The notes: generated by a model not told the origin, from the sequence alone. Numbered from the stretch's first letter, positions 22,019 to 32,529 are shown. The stretch: DNA of 64,000 nt from Verrucomicrobiales bacterium (GCA_038145765.1 JAYQQG010000001.1:2081-66080), one strand, 5' to 3'. A program made the numbers and translations.

Positions 22019-24216
22019 TGCGTACCCTGCTTTGTTTGATGGTGTTGACCTGCAGCCTGTCGGCAGCCGATCGGGCACTCAGTTTTCGGCATGATGTATT
22101 GCCGGTGTTATCCAAAGCTGGTTGCAATGGCGGCGGTTGCCACGGTGCGCTGGCCGGCAAGGGCGGGTTTCGCCTGAGCCTTAATGCCTACGATCCGGCT
22201 ACGGATCATTACAACATCACGCGCGAACTGCGTGGGCGCCGGGTGGAGTTCAATGACCCAGCGCGCAGTTTGTTTCTTATCAAACCCACCGCCGCCGTGC
22301 GCCACAAGGGCGGCAAAGTGTTGCATGAGGATTCGGAGGATTACCAAATTCTGCTGAAGTGGATTAAACAGGGGGCACCGGCGCCCAGCGACCAAGACGC
22401 CAAACTCACACGGCTGGAGCTGACGCCCGGCAACGCGCGCGTGAAGAAAGGCGACACCCCGCAGCTTAAAGTCACTGCTCATTTTTCCGACGGCGCCGAA
22501 CGTGATGTGACGGCTTGGGCCAAGTTCGACTCCACCGATGCCTCGGTGGCCATCGTCAATGAAAAGACCGGTCGAGCGGAAATCGTCGGCTTCGGACAAG
22601 GCGCCATTACGGCGTGGTATTCCGGCCAGATCGCCATGGCGCGGCTCATCTCACCGTGGCCGCATCAGATTCCCAACGCCGCTTTTGCCGCCGGCCCCAA
22701 GGCAAACCTTGTCGACCGCCATGTGCTGTCGCAATTACGCGAGCTGAATCTCAAGCCATCACCGGCCGCAACGGACAGCGAATTTATCCGGCGCGCTTAT
22801 CTCGACACCATCGGCGTGCTGCCCAAACCGGCCGAGGTGCGCGCCTTTCTCGCCGATCGCGCGGCCGACAAGCGCAGCAAGCTCATTGACCAGCTGCTCG
22901 CACGGCCGGAGTTTGTCGATTACTGGACTTATCGCTGGGCCGATTTGTTTTTGATCAGCGGCAAAAAGCTCCGCCCCAACGCGCTCAAGGCCTACTACAC
23001 CTGGCTGCGCGGCGAGATTGCCAAGAACACGCCATGGGACCAGCTAGTGAGGCAGGTGGTCAACGCGCGCGGTGACAGTTTTGAAAACGGTGCCACCAAT
23101 TTTTACGCGGTCCATCAGGAACCCGAGACCATGGCCGAAAATGTCAGTCAGGCGTTCATGAGTCTCTCGATCAACTGCGCGAAATGTCACAACCATCCCC
23201 TGGAGAAATGGACCAACGACCAGTATTACGCCTTTGCCAATCTCTTTGCCCGTGTGCGCGTGAAGGGTTGGGGCGGCGATGCGCGCAATGGTGACGGTCG
23301 CCGCACACTGTTCATTGCTCCCCGCGGCGATCTCCTGCAACCGCGCACTGGCAAACCCCAACCACCCGCGCCGCTCGACAGCCCGGCCATTACCGAGGGA
23401 GCTGATCGCCGGGCGGTGTTGGCCGATTGGCTGACGGCACCGGATAACCCCTACTTCACCCGCTCCATCGCCAACCGCGTATGGGCGAACTTTTTCGGGC
23501 AAGGCATTGTGGATCCGGTGGATGACCTGCGCGTGTCCAACCCCGCCAGCAACGAGCCGCTACTCAACGGTCTGGCCGCGCATCTGGTGAAAAACAAGTA
23601 CGACCTCAAGGCGCTCATGCGGTTGATCCTCACGAGCGACACCTACGCCCGCAGTAGTGCGCCTCTGCCGGAAAACATCGGCGACACCCGCTACCACGCG
23701 CGTTTTTACCCGCGCCGGCTGATGGCCGAAGTCTTGCAGGACGCCATCACCACCGTCACACAGGTCAGCCCCAAGTACGCCAACATCACGCTGTCCGATG
23801 GCAGCACGGCGAAGACGGATTTTTACAAGGACGGCACGCGCGCCCTGCAGCTATTTGACTCGGCGGTCACCTCCTATTTCCTGAAAACCTTCGGCCGCAA
23901 TGAACGCGAGATCACCTGCGAATGCGAACGCTCCAACAAACCGAGCATGGTACAGGTGCTGCACCTTTCCAACGGCAAGACGCTCAATGAAAACCTGCGC
24001 GCCGACCAAAGCTCGGTCACCCCGCTGGTAACCAAGCCCAACGCCACGCTCATTGAAGAGGCCTATCTGCTCTGCCTCGCCCGCCCGCCCAGTGCGGAGG
24101 AAATCCAACGCCTCGAAGCCGTCTTCAAGGCCACGCCCGCGACTGAACGCCGCGCCGTGGTTGAAGACCTCTTTTGGGCCCTCATGACCAGCCGCGAATT
24201 TCTCTTTCAACACTGA
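22018..24216 (+). CDS. DUF1549 + DUF1553 protein with an N-terminal Ig-like (Big_2-type) region and no CxxCH heme motif
   Basis: 732 aa with the motifs CNGGGCHGALAGKGGFRLSL, an Ig-like stretch (LELTPGNARVKKGDTPQLKVTAHFSDGAERDVT), RPEFVDYWTYRWADL, INCAKCHNHPLEKW, NRVWANFFG and a C-terminal SREFLFQH. The start overlaps the DUF1501 stop (TGATG). Confidence 0.85.
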   Translation: MRTLLCLMVLTCSLSAADRALSFRHDVLPVLSKAGCNGGGCHGALAGKGGFRLSLNAYDPATDHYNITRELRGRRVEFNDPARSLFLIKPTAAVRHKGGKVLHEDSEDYQILLKWIKQGAPAPSDQDAKLTRLELTPGNARVKKGDTPQLKVTAHFSDGAERDVTAWAKFDSTDASVAIVNEKTGRAEIVGFGQGAITAWYSGQIAMARLISPWPHQIPNAAFAAGPKANLVDRHVLSQLRELNLKPSPAATDSEFIRRAYLDTIGVLPKPAEVRAFLADRAADKRSKLIDQLLARPEFVDYWTYRWADLFLISGKKLRPNALKAYYTWLRGEIAKNTPWDQLVRQVVNARGDSFENGATNFYAVHQEPETMAENVSQAFMSLSINCAKCHNHPLEKWTNDQYYAFANLFARVRVKGWGGDARNGDGRRTLFIAPRGDLLQPRTGKPQPPAPLDSPAITEGADRRAVLADWLTAPDNPYFTRSIANRVWANFFGQGIVDPVDDLRVSNPASNEPLLNGLAAHLVKNKYDLKALMRLILTSDTYARSSAPLPENIGDTRYHARFYPRRLMAEVLQDAITTVTQVSPKYANITLSDGSTAKTDFYKDGTRALQLFDSAVTSYFLKTFGRNEREITCECERSNKPSMVQVLHLSNGKTLNENLRADQSSVTPLVTKPNATLIEEAYLLCLARPPSAEEIQRLEAVFKATPATERRAVVEDLFWALMTSREFLFQH

Positions 24217-26945
24217 TGAAACGCCTGCTCCCCACCCTGCTCTTTTGCTCCGTGGCAACCGCCATGGCCGCGCCGGATTTCCATAAAGACGTTGCGCCCA
24301 TCCTGCGCGAGTATTGTGCCGGCTGTCATAACGACGATGAACTGGAGGGCGAATTTTCCGTGGAGACGTTTAAGAGCCTCATGACCGGCGGCGATAGCGG
24401 CAAGGTCATCGCGCCCGGCAACCCCAAAGGCTCCGTGCTCCTCGAGCTGTTAACCGGTGCCAAGAAACCTTTCATGCCACCGCGCAAGGAACCGCAGCCA
24501 TCCCCGGCACAGATTGAAATGCTCAAGGCATGGATTACCGCCGGAGCACCCGGCCCCGAGGTCGACCGCTCCATCCTCGCCACTCTTCACGTGCCCGGAG
24601 CCAAGCCGGCCGCGCTGAGGCGCCAACCCATCACCGCGATGGCGGTTTCCCGAGGCGGCGTGCGCGCGGTGGGCACCTTTGGCAAGATCACCGTCGGCAA
24701 ACGCGCCTTCACCGGCCATGCGGGTAAGGTCAACGCGCTCACTTTTTCAGCAGACGGAAACTTTCTGTTGGCCGCTTCGGGCGTCACCGGCCTGCGTGGC
24801 GAAGCGGTGCTGTGGAACCTCAAGACCGGCCGCCGCCAGCACACGTTCAGCGAGGGCCATCGCGATACCCTGTACGGTGCGGCACTATCGCCCGACGGCA
24901 CGATTGCCGCCACCGCCGGTTATGATCGACGTATTCAGTTGTGGAGCACCCGCACCGGCAAAGCGCTGCGCATGCTCGAAGGGCACAACGGCCCGGTCCA
25001 TGGCATTGCTTTTAGTCCGGACGGCACCGTGCTCGCCAGTGCCGGCGGTGATTCGGCGGTGAAACTCTGGCACGTGGCCAGCGGTCAGCGCCTCGACACC
25101 TTTGGCCAACCCACCGGCGAACAGTTTATCACCGCTTTCACGCCGGACAGCCAATACGTGGTGGCTGCCGGTGCCGACAAACAAATCCGCCTTTGGCGTT
25201 GGATCAGCAAGACCAAGCCGGCCATCAACCCCCTCGCGCGGGTGCGGTTTGCGCATGAGGATGAGATCACCGACCTTACCCTCAGCCGCGATGGCCGTTT
25301 CCTGGCTTCCGCTTCCGCCGATCGCACGGTGAAGGTGTGGGCCCTGCCGGCACTCGAGTTGGTCTCGCAGTTTGACAACCAGCCGGACATCGTCTCCGCG
25401 CTGGCATTCGATCGTACCGGCAACACGCTGCACCTCGCGCGGCTCAACGGCACCACCGCCACCGAGCGCATCCGCAAAACCGCTGATACACTCAACGTGG
25501 CCGCCGCCCGCAGCCCACGCGCCATCGCAGAGGCTGAGAGCACCGAAACAACCGAGCAGGAGCCCAACAATACACCCGCGCAAGCCCGCGCGATTGCCCT
25601 GCCCGCCAAAGTAACCGGACACATTCATGCGGATGGCGGCAGCGATACGGACCTCTACCGGTTCACCGCCAAGGCCGGCGAGCAATGGGTGCTGGAGATC
25701 AATGCCGCCCGCAGCAAGTCGCCGCTCGATTCCAAACTCGAGGTGCTCACCGCCGACGGTCAGCCCATTGAGCGTGTGCGCCTGCAGGCCGTGCGCGATT
25801 CCTGGCTCACCTTTCGCGGAAAGGATTCCAATACCTCCGGCGATTTCCGTTTGTTCAAATGGGACGAAATGAGCCTCGACCAGTACCTTTACGTCAACGG
25901 CGAGGTGGTCAAGCTCTGGCATTATCCGCGTGGCCCTGACAGCGGCTACATCGTTTACCCCGGCACCGGCAACCGCCACACCTACTTCGACACCACGCCG
26001 CTGGCGCATCCGCTTGGTCAACCGGCCTATATTGTCCAACCCCGCGCCCCCGGCACGCCCGCCGCCGCCAACGGGCTGCCGATGTTTCCCGTTTATTTTG
26101 AAAATGATGATGAAAGCCGCCGGCGTTGGGGCAAGGATTCCCAGCTCACTTTCACCGCACCAGCCGACGGCGATTACCTCGTGCGCGTGTCCGACGTGCG
26201 CGGTTTTGCCGGCAAGGAATTCAAATACACCCTCACCGTGCGCCCGCGCCAGCCGAACTTTACCGTGACTCTCGGTGGCATCAGCGGCGGCGGCGTGCCC
26301 AAAGGCAGCGGCCGCGAATTCAGCGTCAGCGCCCAGCGCCTCGACGGCTACGAAGGCCCCATCCGCGTGGACCTCACCAGTGCGCCGAAGGGTTTCACCC
26401 TCACCACTCCGCTCATAATCCAAGCCGGCCAAACCCGCGCCTTCGGTGCGGTCTACGCAAATGCCGATGCGCCCATGCCCGCCAAGGGAACGGAATTGGC
26501 CAAGGTCACCGCCAGCGCCACGATCAGCGGCAAGACCATTACTCATCCGGTCAATGATCTCACCAACCTCAAGCCCTTGGCTCCCGCCAAACTAAAGGTG
26601 ACCGTGCTCACCGCCAACGGGCGCGCACCTGAGCCGGGCAAGCCCCTCGAACTCACCATTGCCCCCGGCCAGACCATCGCCGCCCGCGTCCGCATCGAGC
26701 GCAATGGCATCAAGGAACGCGTCAGCTTCGGCGGCCACGAATCCGGCCGCAATCTTCCCTACGGAACGTACGTGGATAACATCGGCCTGAACGGTCTACT
26801 CATCGTGGAAGGTGCCAGCGAACGCGAATTCTACATCACCGCCGACGCCGTCACCGCCGAGACCACCCGTCGTTTCCATCTGAAAGCCGCCCCCGAAGGC
26901 GGCATCCTCTCCCCGCCCGTGCTGTTGCATGTGAAGAAGAAATAA
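24216..26945 (+). CDS. PSCyt1 cytochrome c domain + WD40 beta-propeller + pre-peptidase-C-terminal-like domain protein
   Basis: ORF 24174-26945, with ATG 24216 overlapping the upstream stop (TGATG). It has a signal peptide and the heme motif CAGCHNDDELEGEFS. Multiple WD repeats are present (GHAGKVNALTFSADG, GHRDTLYGAALSPDG, GHNGPVHGIAFSPDG...VKLW, DRTVKVW). A PPC-like segment follows (EPNNTPAQA...GSDTDLYRFTAKAGEQWVLE). Confidence 0.85.
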   Translation: MKRLLPTLLFCSVATAMAAPDFHKDVAPILREYCAGCHNDDELEGEFSVETFKSLMTGGDSGKVIAPGNPKGSVLLELLTGAKKPFMPPRKEPQPSPAQIEMLKAWITAGAPGPEVDRSILATLHVPGAKPAALRRQPITAMAVSRGGVRAVGTFGKITVGKRAFTGHAGKVNALTFSADGNFLLAASGVTGLRGEAVLWNLKTGRRQHTFSEGHRDTLYGAALSPDGTIAATAGYDRRIQLWSTRTGKALRMLEGHNGPVHGIAFSPDGTVLASAGGDSAVKLWHVASGQRLDTFGQPTGEQFITAFTPDSQYVVAAGADKQIRLWRWISKTKPAINPLARVRFAHEDEITDLTLSRDGRFLASASADRTVKVWALPALELVSQFDNQPDIVSALAFDRTGNTLHLARLNGTTATERIRKTADTLNVAAARSPRAIAEAESTETTEQEPNNTPAQARAIALPAKVTGHIHADGGSDTDLYRFTAKAGEQWVLEINAARSKSPLDSKLEVLTADGQPIERVRLQAVRDSWLTFRGKDSNTSGDFRLFKWDEMSLDQYLYVNGEVVKLWHYPRGPDSGYIVYPGTGNRHTYFDTTPLAHPLGQPAYIVQPRAPGTPAAANGLPMFPVYFENDDESRRRWGKDSQLTFTAPADGDYLVRVSDVRGFAGKEFKYTLTVRPRQPNFTVTLGGISGGGVPKGSGREFSVSAQRLDGYEGPIRVDLTSAPKGFTLTTPLIIQAGQTRAFGAVYANADAPMPAKGTELAKVTASATISGKTITHPVNDLTNLKPLAPAKLKVTVLTANGRAPEPGKPLELTIAPGQTIAARVRIERNGIKERVSFGGHESGRNLPYGTYVDNIGLNGLLIVEGASEREFYITADAVTAETTRRFHLKAAPEGGILSPPVLLHVKKK

Positions 26946-27005
26946 CAGAACGGCGAAGGATATCTCGTCCGATTCCAAAGTTTCAAAAACTTCGATCTGA
27001 CCAAA

Positions 27006-27632
27006 CTACTCTAACATCGCGGCAATCTTGGGCCGAGACGTCTGAATACGCTGGTAATCCAGTGGTTGCCCCATGGGCTTGAAAATCGCGTTGTTGAGAA
27101 TGTCGTAGATAAACCGGACGTCTTCAAAATCCCCCGCCACCGACGCATATGCGGTGGTGCCCCCGGCATTTTTCACATTCTTATCCGCACCGGCCTTGAG
27201 CAGTGCCTCGACCACTTCGACATGGCACAAAAACGCCGCTGTCGACAGGGCCGTGTTGCCGTCACCATTGACCAGATCGAGATTCACTTTGGCCGCGATC
27301 AACGCCTGAACCACTTCGGTTTGGCCGAAGAGAGCCGCCAGCATCAAGGGCGTATTTTTTTTTGCATCACCCGGTGCACTCTGATTGAGATCAGTACCCC
27401 CATCTATGTGTGCCCGCACGGCTTCCAAGTTTCCTTTAATCGAAGCCTCAAACAGGTTCGCAGCAGATACGTTATTCTCCGGTTGAGGTTCCAACGGTGC
27501 CGTCGATTTAATCTGCGGCGAAGAGGATTCCGAATCGGGTTCAGGTGATTCCGGTTTTTTCCCGCAGCCGACCAGCATCAGGGCCGCCACCGGGATAAGG
27601 ACAAAATAATTCATCGAGATCTGTTTACGCAA
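27006..27632 (-). CDS. Ankyrin-repeat lipoprotein
   Basis: 208 aa with a lipobox LMLVGC and ankyrin repeats (NTPLMLAALFGQTEVVQALIAAKVNLDLVNGDGNTALSTAAFLCHVEVVEALLKAGADKNVKN). Confidence 0.8.
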   Translation of the reverse strand: MRKQISMNYFVLIPVAALMLVGCGKKPESPEPDSESSSPQIKSTAPLEPQPENNVSAANLFEASIKGNLEAVRAHIDGGTDLNQSAPGDAKKNTPLMLAALFGQTEVVQALIAAKVNLDLVNGDGNTALSTAAFLCHVEVVEALLKAGADKNVKNAGGTTAYASVAGDFEDVRFIYDILNNAIFKPMGQPLDYQRIQTSRPKIAAMLE

Positions 27633-27652
27633 CTTAACGGTTTGATCGAAGA

Positions 27653-28030
27653 TTATTCCTGAAAATCATACACCACCACTTTGTCCACCAGCGGCAATAG
27701 CACATCCTGCTTGGCCTGTTGGTGGATGGGGTGATCCAAATATTCCTGCAACCGCGGGACATCAGGTACAACCACCAGAATGGCAACATCAAAACTGTCA
27801 TCCACAATCGCCCGGTCGCTGGCAATCACCTCACCCACTCGCACCTCCAGCACGCCGGGAATGGAGCGAAACGTCTTGCTGACCTCCATAATCTGCGCGC
27901 GATGGCCCGAGTTGCCCGGCTCTTTGAGCCAGCATAGCACCACATGTTGAATGGCTTGTTCTGGCTCGGTCTGCGGGATGGACGCGCAGCCCAATGGCAA
28001 TAACAGCAGAATGGCAGCGAAGAATTTCAT
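27653..28030 (-). CDS. Dabb (stress-responsive A/B barrel) domain lipoprotein
   Basis: 125 aa with a lipobox LPLGCAS and a Dabb-like core (HVVLCWLKEPG...IPGVLEVRVG...FDVAILVVVPDVPRLQEYLDHPIHQ). The start overlaps the upstream sulfatase stop. Confidence 0.7.
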   Translation of the reverse strand: MKFFAAILLLLPLGCASIPQTEPEQAIQHVVLCWLKEPGNSGHRAQIMEVSKTFRSIPGVLEVRVGEVIASDRAIVDDSFDVAILVVVPDVPRLQEYLDHPIHQQAKQDVLLPLVDKVVVYDFQE

Positions 28031-29958
28031 TTTACAATATGCACACGATGCGAAAACACCTTGCCATTGAACGGGTTGGGCGAATTGTAGTTACCTGCGG
28101 CCGATTGGTCATCAAACCCAATCGACAGATCATCTTTCGGCTGCACAGGAATCAGCCCGGGCGATTCCATCTGCGCCCGTGCACCGCCAACCTCGAGGGA
28201 CATGACTTCTGCGTTTAGATTGGCCACCACCTTCAACGCGCCTTTCACCGGCCCCTTGATCTGCACACGGGCTACCTGACCATTCACCCGCACATCGAAC
28301 GCTATCTTTTCGTTTAACCAATGAATTGCGTAGCCGTGCTCCCTGCCACCCTGTGCCAGCACGACGCCCTGCGGTTTGGCGAGAGCCGTCAACTGCATCT
28401 CCGTTTCGATGCGTAACGATTTGCCAGCGATTTTCGGTGAAGGCGAAATCAGCTCGCCGGACCGACGACCGCCGCGGGCCACCGGTTCCGGATATGCCGC
28501 CAGCTTGGCCGCCAAGATCTTCAACAGGGCCGGCTGTTGCGCGGCGATGTTTTCCGTCTCCACCGCGCCCTTGGCGTAGTCGTACAGTTCATACTCCGCC
28601 GCCGACACCGGTTCACCGACGTTGCGCCATTCGACGAGGCGATAGCGGTCGGTACGGATGGCGCGGCCGAGGCGGCGGCGCGGATAGCAGTGGTAGGCGT
28701 GGTCGCGCACGCGGGCCTTGGGATTGTTCAAAACCGGTACGAGGCTTTTGCCGTCGATAGCCTGTGGACCTTTCGGCGCAGGGAGACCGGCCAACTCCGC
28801 GAGTGTGGGATAGAGATCCACCGTCTCGGTCAATTGCCGCGTGGCACTGCCGGGCTTGGCCACGCCGGGGGCCACCACGAGAATGGGGATGCGGTTGGCT
28901 TGTTCATAATTCGTGTGTTTGGTCCAGATGCTGAGATCGCCCAAATGCCAGCCGTGGTCGCCCCATAGGACGACGATGGTGTTGTCCTGCAGCCCCAGCC
29001 GTTTAAGTGCCGCCGTCACGCGGCCGATTTGGGCATCCACATAGGCCGTGCTGGCGTAGTAGCCGTGGATCAATTCGCGCGTGAGCGCCTCGCCCACCTG
29101 ACCATCCACCGGTACGGGCGTGTAGGCCGAAATTTCCCCGGCACGTTTCAGTGCCACTGCCGGCGCATCTTTTGGAAACGATTTGATCTTCGGCATCGGC
29201 AACTTGGCGGGATCGAACAGGTCCCAATATTTTTTGGGAGCGGAAAACGGCAGATGCGGTCGCACGAAACCGGCGGTGATGAAGAACGGTGTGCCGTCCT
29301 TGGTGCGCCGTTCCTTGGCCGCCTCCAATCGGCGAATGGTCTCCGCAGCCACGCGGCCATCGGCGTAGTCATCATCCTTTGCCACCGGCGCCTCAAACGC
29401 CGCCCCGCGCGGCAGCAACCGAATGGCTCCAAGCTTTTGATTGGTAAACAGCGCCTCCTCCCGCGTGAGCTTGCCTTCGTCCGTGCTTTTCGGGTCGAGA
29501 TACTCGATCACCTTGTCGTGAAAATGCGGAATGCTGAACGACTTCGGATCGCCCAAATTGCCGTGCCCGATGTGAAACACTTTGCCCAAAGACTCCGTAC
29601 GATACCCGTGCTTCGCAAAATGCTGCGGCATCGTCACCGCATTCGGCAGCACCTGCCGCAGTTGGCTGCCCAGTCCGTACAACCCGGTGGAGGTCGAGTG
29701 CGCCCCCAGCATCAGCGTGAATCGCGACGGCGCGCACACGGCCTGATTGCAGTAGGCCAAATCAAACCGCATCCCGCGCGCCGCCAGCGCATCCATCGCC
29801 GGCGTGATCGCGTGCCGGTCGCCATAACATCCCATCGCCGGTTTCAGGTCATCCACCAACAACAACAGCACATTAGGTTTCTCCGCCGCTATCAAAGGCA
29901 TCACCCCAAGCAGCAACGCCAAAACAAAACTCCAATTCATTTTCAAATCCGTGTTCAT
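28027..29958 (-). CDS. Cys-type sulfatase (iduronate-2-sulfatase-like) with a C-terminal LamG-like beta-sandwich extension
   Basis: 643 aa with the motifs PNVLLLLVDDLKP, VCAPSRFTLMLGAHS, LWGDHGWHLGD and EYELYDY. A C-terminal extension of about 170 aa follows (GYAIHWLNEKIAFDVRVNGQ...). An alternative start lies at 29940. Confidence 0.9.
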   Translation of the reverse strand: MNTDLKMNWSFVLALLLGVMPLIAAEKPNVLLLLVDDLKPAMGCYGDRHAITPAMDALAARGMRFDLAYCNQAVCAPSRFTLMLGAHSTSTGLYGLGSQLRQVLPNAVTMPQHFAKHGYRTESLGKVFHIGHGNLGDPKSFSIPHFHDKVIEYLDPKSTDEGKLTREEALFTNQKLGAIRLLPRGAAFEAPVAKDDDYADGRVAAETIRRLEAAKERRTKDGTPFFITAGFVRPHLPFSAPKKYWDLFDPAKLPMPKIKSFPKDAPAVALKRAGEISAYTPVPVDGQVGEALTRELIHGYYASTAYVDAQIGRVTAALKRLGLQDNTIVVLWGDHGWHLGDLSIWTKHTNYEQANRIPILVVAPGVAKPGSATRQLTETVDLYPTLAELAGLPAPKGPQAIDGKSLVPVLNNPKARVRDHAYHCYPRRRLGRAIRTDRYRLVEWRNVGEPVSAAEYELYDYAKGAVETENIAAQQPALLKILAAKLAAYPEPVARGGRRSGELISPSPKIAGKSLRIETEMQLTALAKPQGVVLAQGGREHGYAIHWLNEKIAFDVRVNGQVARVQIKGPVKGALKVVANLNAEVMSLEVGGARAQMESPGLIPVQPKDDLSIGFDDQSAAGNYNSPNPFNGKVFSHRVHIVK

Positions 29959-29976
29959 CCGTGTAATCCGTGTCCC

Positions 29977-32064
29977 TTACTTCAATACCCGCACCGTGAT
30001 CGCCCCCAGCCGCCATTGGCCGGCGGCTTCCACGCCGAGATGCGGTTTACTGTCCAGCCGCAGCACCTCGCCTTGGCGCAGCACCCCGAGATCGCTCATC
30101 ACCCCGTGCTGTGTCTTGGCGTCGTTATCGCCGTCCACACAATAAATCGCCAACGGCGCCCCCTTGCCCACCTGATAAAATCCGCCGCATACGCCGTTGC
30201 CCGCGACAATCGCCACCGACTCCACAATCACATCGCGGTCAAACATCACCCGCAACGCCTGTCCGGCGTCCACCTGCAACACCTGTCCGCCGCCCAGTCC
30301 CAAGCCGCGGAAGTTGCACGAAAACTTGCCGGCATGCTCACCGGCAATCGTCATGCGAAGGCCCGTTCCTTCATCCGTCACCGTCTTGCCGCGGGCCGGG
30401 GCCAGATGAAACGTCTTGGCCAAGGCACTGGCCGCGCCCTCCTCCGAGCGCCAGTCGAACACCGCCCGCACCGGAGCTGTATCCGCCAAACGCGTGGCCA
30501 CGCGGCGATAACGCAACGCCGTCAAACTCAGTTTGCGGATCAGGTGTTGATGCTTGGGAACCGCGATCAGGTTGCGTTGCTCTTGGGGATCCGCCGCCAG
30601 GTCGAAGAGCTCCACCGGCTGCGCCTTGCCTTCGCGCAACAGGCTGGCGTCAAAAAACAGCTTCCAGTTTTCCACCCGCATCGCCGCAGCAGCCGGGTCG
30701 GCCTTGGCTTCCTTGTGATCGTTGAAAAACAATGGCGAACGATTGCGCAGCGTCTTCCCTCGCAGGGCCGAAAGCACATTCAAACTGTCCTCCGCGCCTT
30801 TCTCGCCCTTGGCCAAATCCGGCAGCGTGGCCCCGGCCAAGGCGGCGAAGGTGGCGTACATATCAGTGAGCCCGATGATCGAGGCATTCGATTGCCCCGG
30901 TGTGGCGGCATCACCATCGCCCACGCCACCGGCCGGCCACGCGGCGATGAACGGCACGCGATGGCCGCCCTCGAAGCAACTGCCCTTGTTGCTGCGAAAC
31001 GGCCCAGTGGCGATGTTGCTGTTTTTTTCCGCGCCATTGTCGCTGGTGAAAATAACGAGTGTGTTGCCCAGCAGCTTTTGCCCGGGCCGCCGCGGATCGG
31101 GCGTGGTTGACAGCCAATCAATCAACCGGCCCAGGGCCACGTCGTTTTCATAAATGTAATCGTGTCGGGCATCCATCGGCGCACCGGCCTTGGTGCGCGC
31201 AGCCCCGGCGACAGCCTGGCCGCCGATCGCCTTGTCCGGCGTGTACGGGCCGTGGTTGGAATTGGCCGGGTAATACAGGAAGAAGGGCTTCTGGCGGGAG
31301 GTGGCGGCGCGCACGTGCGCGTTCAAAAACTCCAGCGCATGATCCGAGTGCCGGCTGCCGAGTTTCGTGAGCACATAGGCGTTGACGCCCTCGGCCACCA
31401 GTTGTTTACCATCCTTCATGGCGCCGATGGCAATTCGCCCGTGGAGATGGCCCGGGCCAATGGTTTGCGTTGGCCGGTTGCGCTTGGCGGCGTTCCGATG
31501 GTTTGGGTCCGGCCCGGAAGTGCCGTGCGAACGCGAGGTGTACCGGGCGAAATCAAAACCGTGATCCAACGGCGTGGTATGCAGCGGCTGCCTGAGATCG
31601 GCATCACTCCAGCCGGCGGCCGGTTTGCCGTTGCTTTGCCGGTAGCGCAGGCCCACGTGCCATTTGCCGACAAGACCGGTGCGATAGCCGGCATCACGCA
31701 ACATGCTGGCCAAGGTCGGCCGATCCGCCTCGATCAGGGGATCGCCCTGCGCGCCGAAGAGCACCCACCATTTCATTCGGCTGCGCCACGGGTAACGCCC
31801 GGTAAGCAACCCGTACCGTGTGGGCGTGCAGCGGCTGGATGGCGTGTGCGCGTCGGTGAAGCGCACCCCCATCCGCGCCAACCGCTCCATCTGCGGCGTG
31901 TGCAGTTGCACCGCGTCGGTGTTGCCCGTGAAATCCTGATACGCACTCGTGTCCCCCATGCCCATATCATCGGCCATGAAGAAAATGATGTTGGGCTTGG
32001 GCAGATTTTCCGCCGCGTGCAGCGACAGCACACCGAGACACAAACTGAACAGGAAACGGGTCAC
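29977..32064 (-). CDS. Cys-type sulfatase (arylsulfatase-like) with a C-terminal domain of about 220 aa and unknown type
   Basis: 695 aa with a signal peptide and the motifs PNIIFFMADDMGMGD, RCTPTRYGLLTGRYPWRS, GKWHVG, FTSDNGAE and ELFDLAADPQEQRN. Confidence 0.9.
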   Translation of the reverse strand: MTRFLFSLCLGVLSLHAAENLPKPNIIFFMADDMGMGDTSAYQDFTGNTDAVQLHTPQMERLARMGVRFTDAHTPSSRCTPTRYGLLTGRYPWRSRMKWWVLFGAQGDPLIEADRPTLASMLRDAGYRTGLVGKWHVGLRYRQSNGKPAAGWSDADLRQPLHTTPLDHGFDFARYTSRSHGTSGPDPNHRNAAKRNRPTQTIGPGHLHGRIAIGAMKDGKQLVAEGVNAYVLTKLGSRHSDHALEFLNAHVRAATSRQKPFFLYYPANSNHGPYTPDKAIGGQAVAGAARTKAGAPMDARHDYIYENDVALGRLIDWLSTTPDPRRPGQKLLGNTLVIFTSDNGAEKNSNIATGPFRSNKGSCFEGGHRVPFIAAWPAGGVGDGDAATPGQSNASIIGLTDMYATFAALAGATLPDLAKGEKGAEDSLNVLSALRGKTLRNRSPLFFNDHKEAKADPAAAAMRVENWKLFFDASLLREGKAQPVELFDLAADPQEQRNLIAVPKHQHLIRKLSLTALRYRRVATRLADTAPVRAVFDWRSEEGAASALAKTFHLAPARGKTVTDEGTGLRMTIAGEHAGKFSCNFRGLGLGGGQVLQVDAGQALRVMFDRDVIVESVAIVAGNGVCGGFYQVGKGAPLAIYCVDGDNDAKTQHGVMSDLGVLRQGEVLRLDSKPHLGVEAAGQWRLGAITVRVLK

Positions 32065-32085
32065 GCCCCGAAGACTGCCCGAAAC

Positions 32086-32529
32086 TTAAAGCGGAGGCAA
32101 CTCCACGCCGATTTGTTCAAAGATGCCACGGGGTGCACCACCGGGGATGGGATCGGGCCGAATTTCGGTCAGGCCATCCGAACCGATCCGGTAAAAGAAA
32201 TGGTGCGGGGGAATGGTGACGATTTTACCGGTAGCCGGTACGGCATCGAATCCGGGAAATGCCAACGTGCCGGTGTGTGTGCCGCCCTGCCGCCAGAGGA
32301 CGGCCCAGGATCCATCATCTCGTTGTGCCGGCGCATCATGCCCGTAATGCCAATCGGGAAAGCCGCGGTATAACGCAGCCAGAAATTCCAAAATTGCAGG
32401 CTTGGCCATGGTCTTGGCCGGGGTGACGAATTGAATTTCCCCCGTCAGAGATTCACCAATCGCAGCCACATCGTGTGCCTTGAGACCGGCCATGTATTGC
32501 GCCAAGGCGGCCGGGACCGGTGCACTCAT
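32086..32529 (-). CDS. NTF2-fold / SnoaL-like (ester-cyclase-like) protein
   Basis: 147 aa. The size and pattern (FLAALYRGFPDWHY...W.QGGTHTG...G.DAVPATGK) are consistent with SnoaL-like cyclases. Confidence 0.55.
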   Translation of the reverse strand: MSAPVPAALAQYMAGLKAHDVAAIGESLTGEIQFVTPAKTMAKPAILEFLAALYRGFPDWHYGHDAPAQRDDGSWAVLWRQGGTHTGTLAFPGFDAVPATGKIVTIPPHHFFYRIGSDGLTEIRPDPIPGGAPRGIFEQIGVELPPL

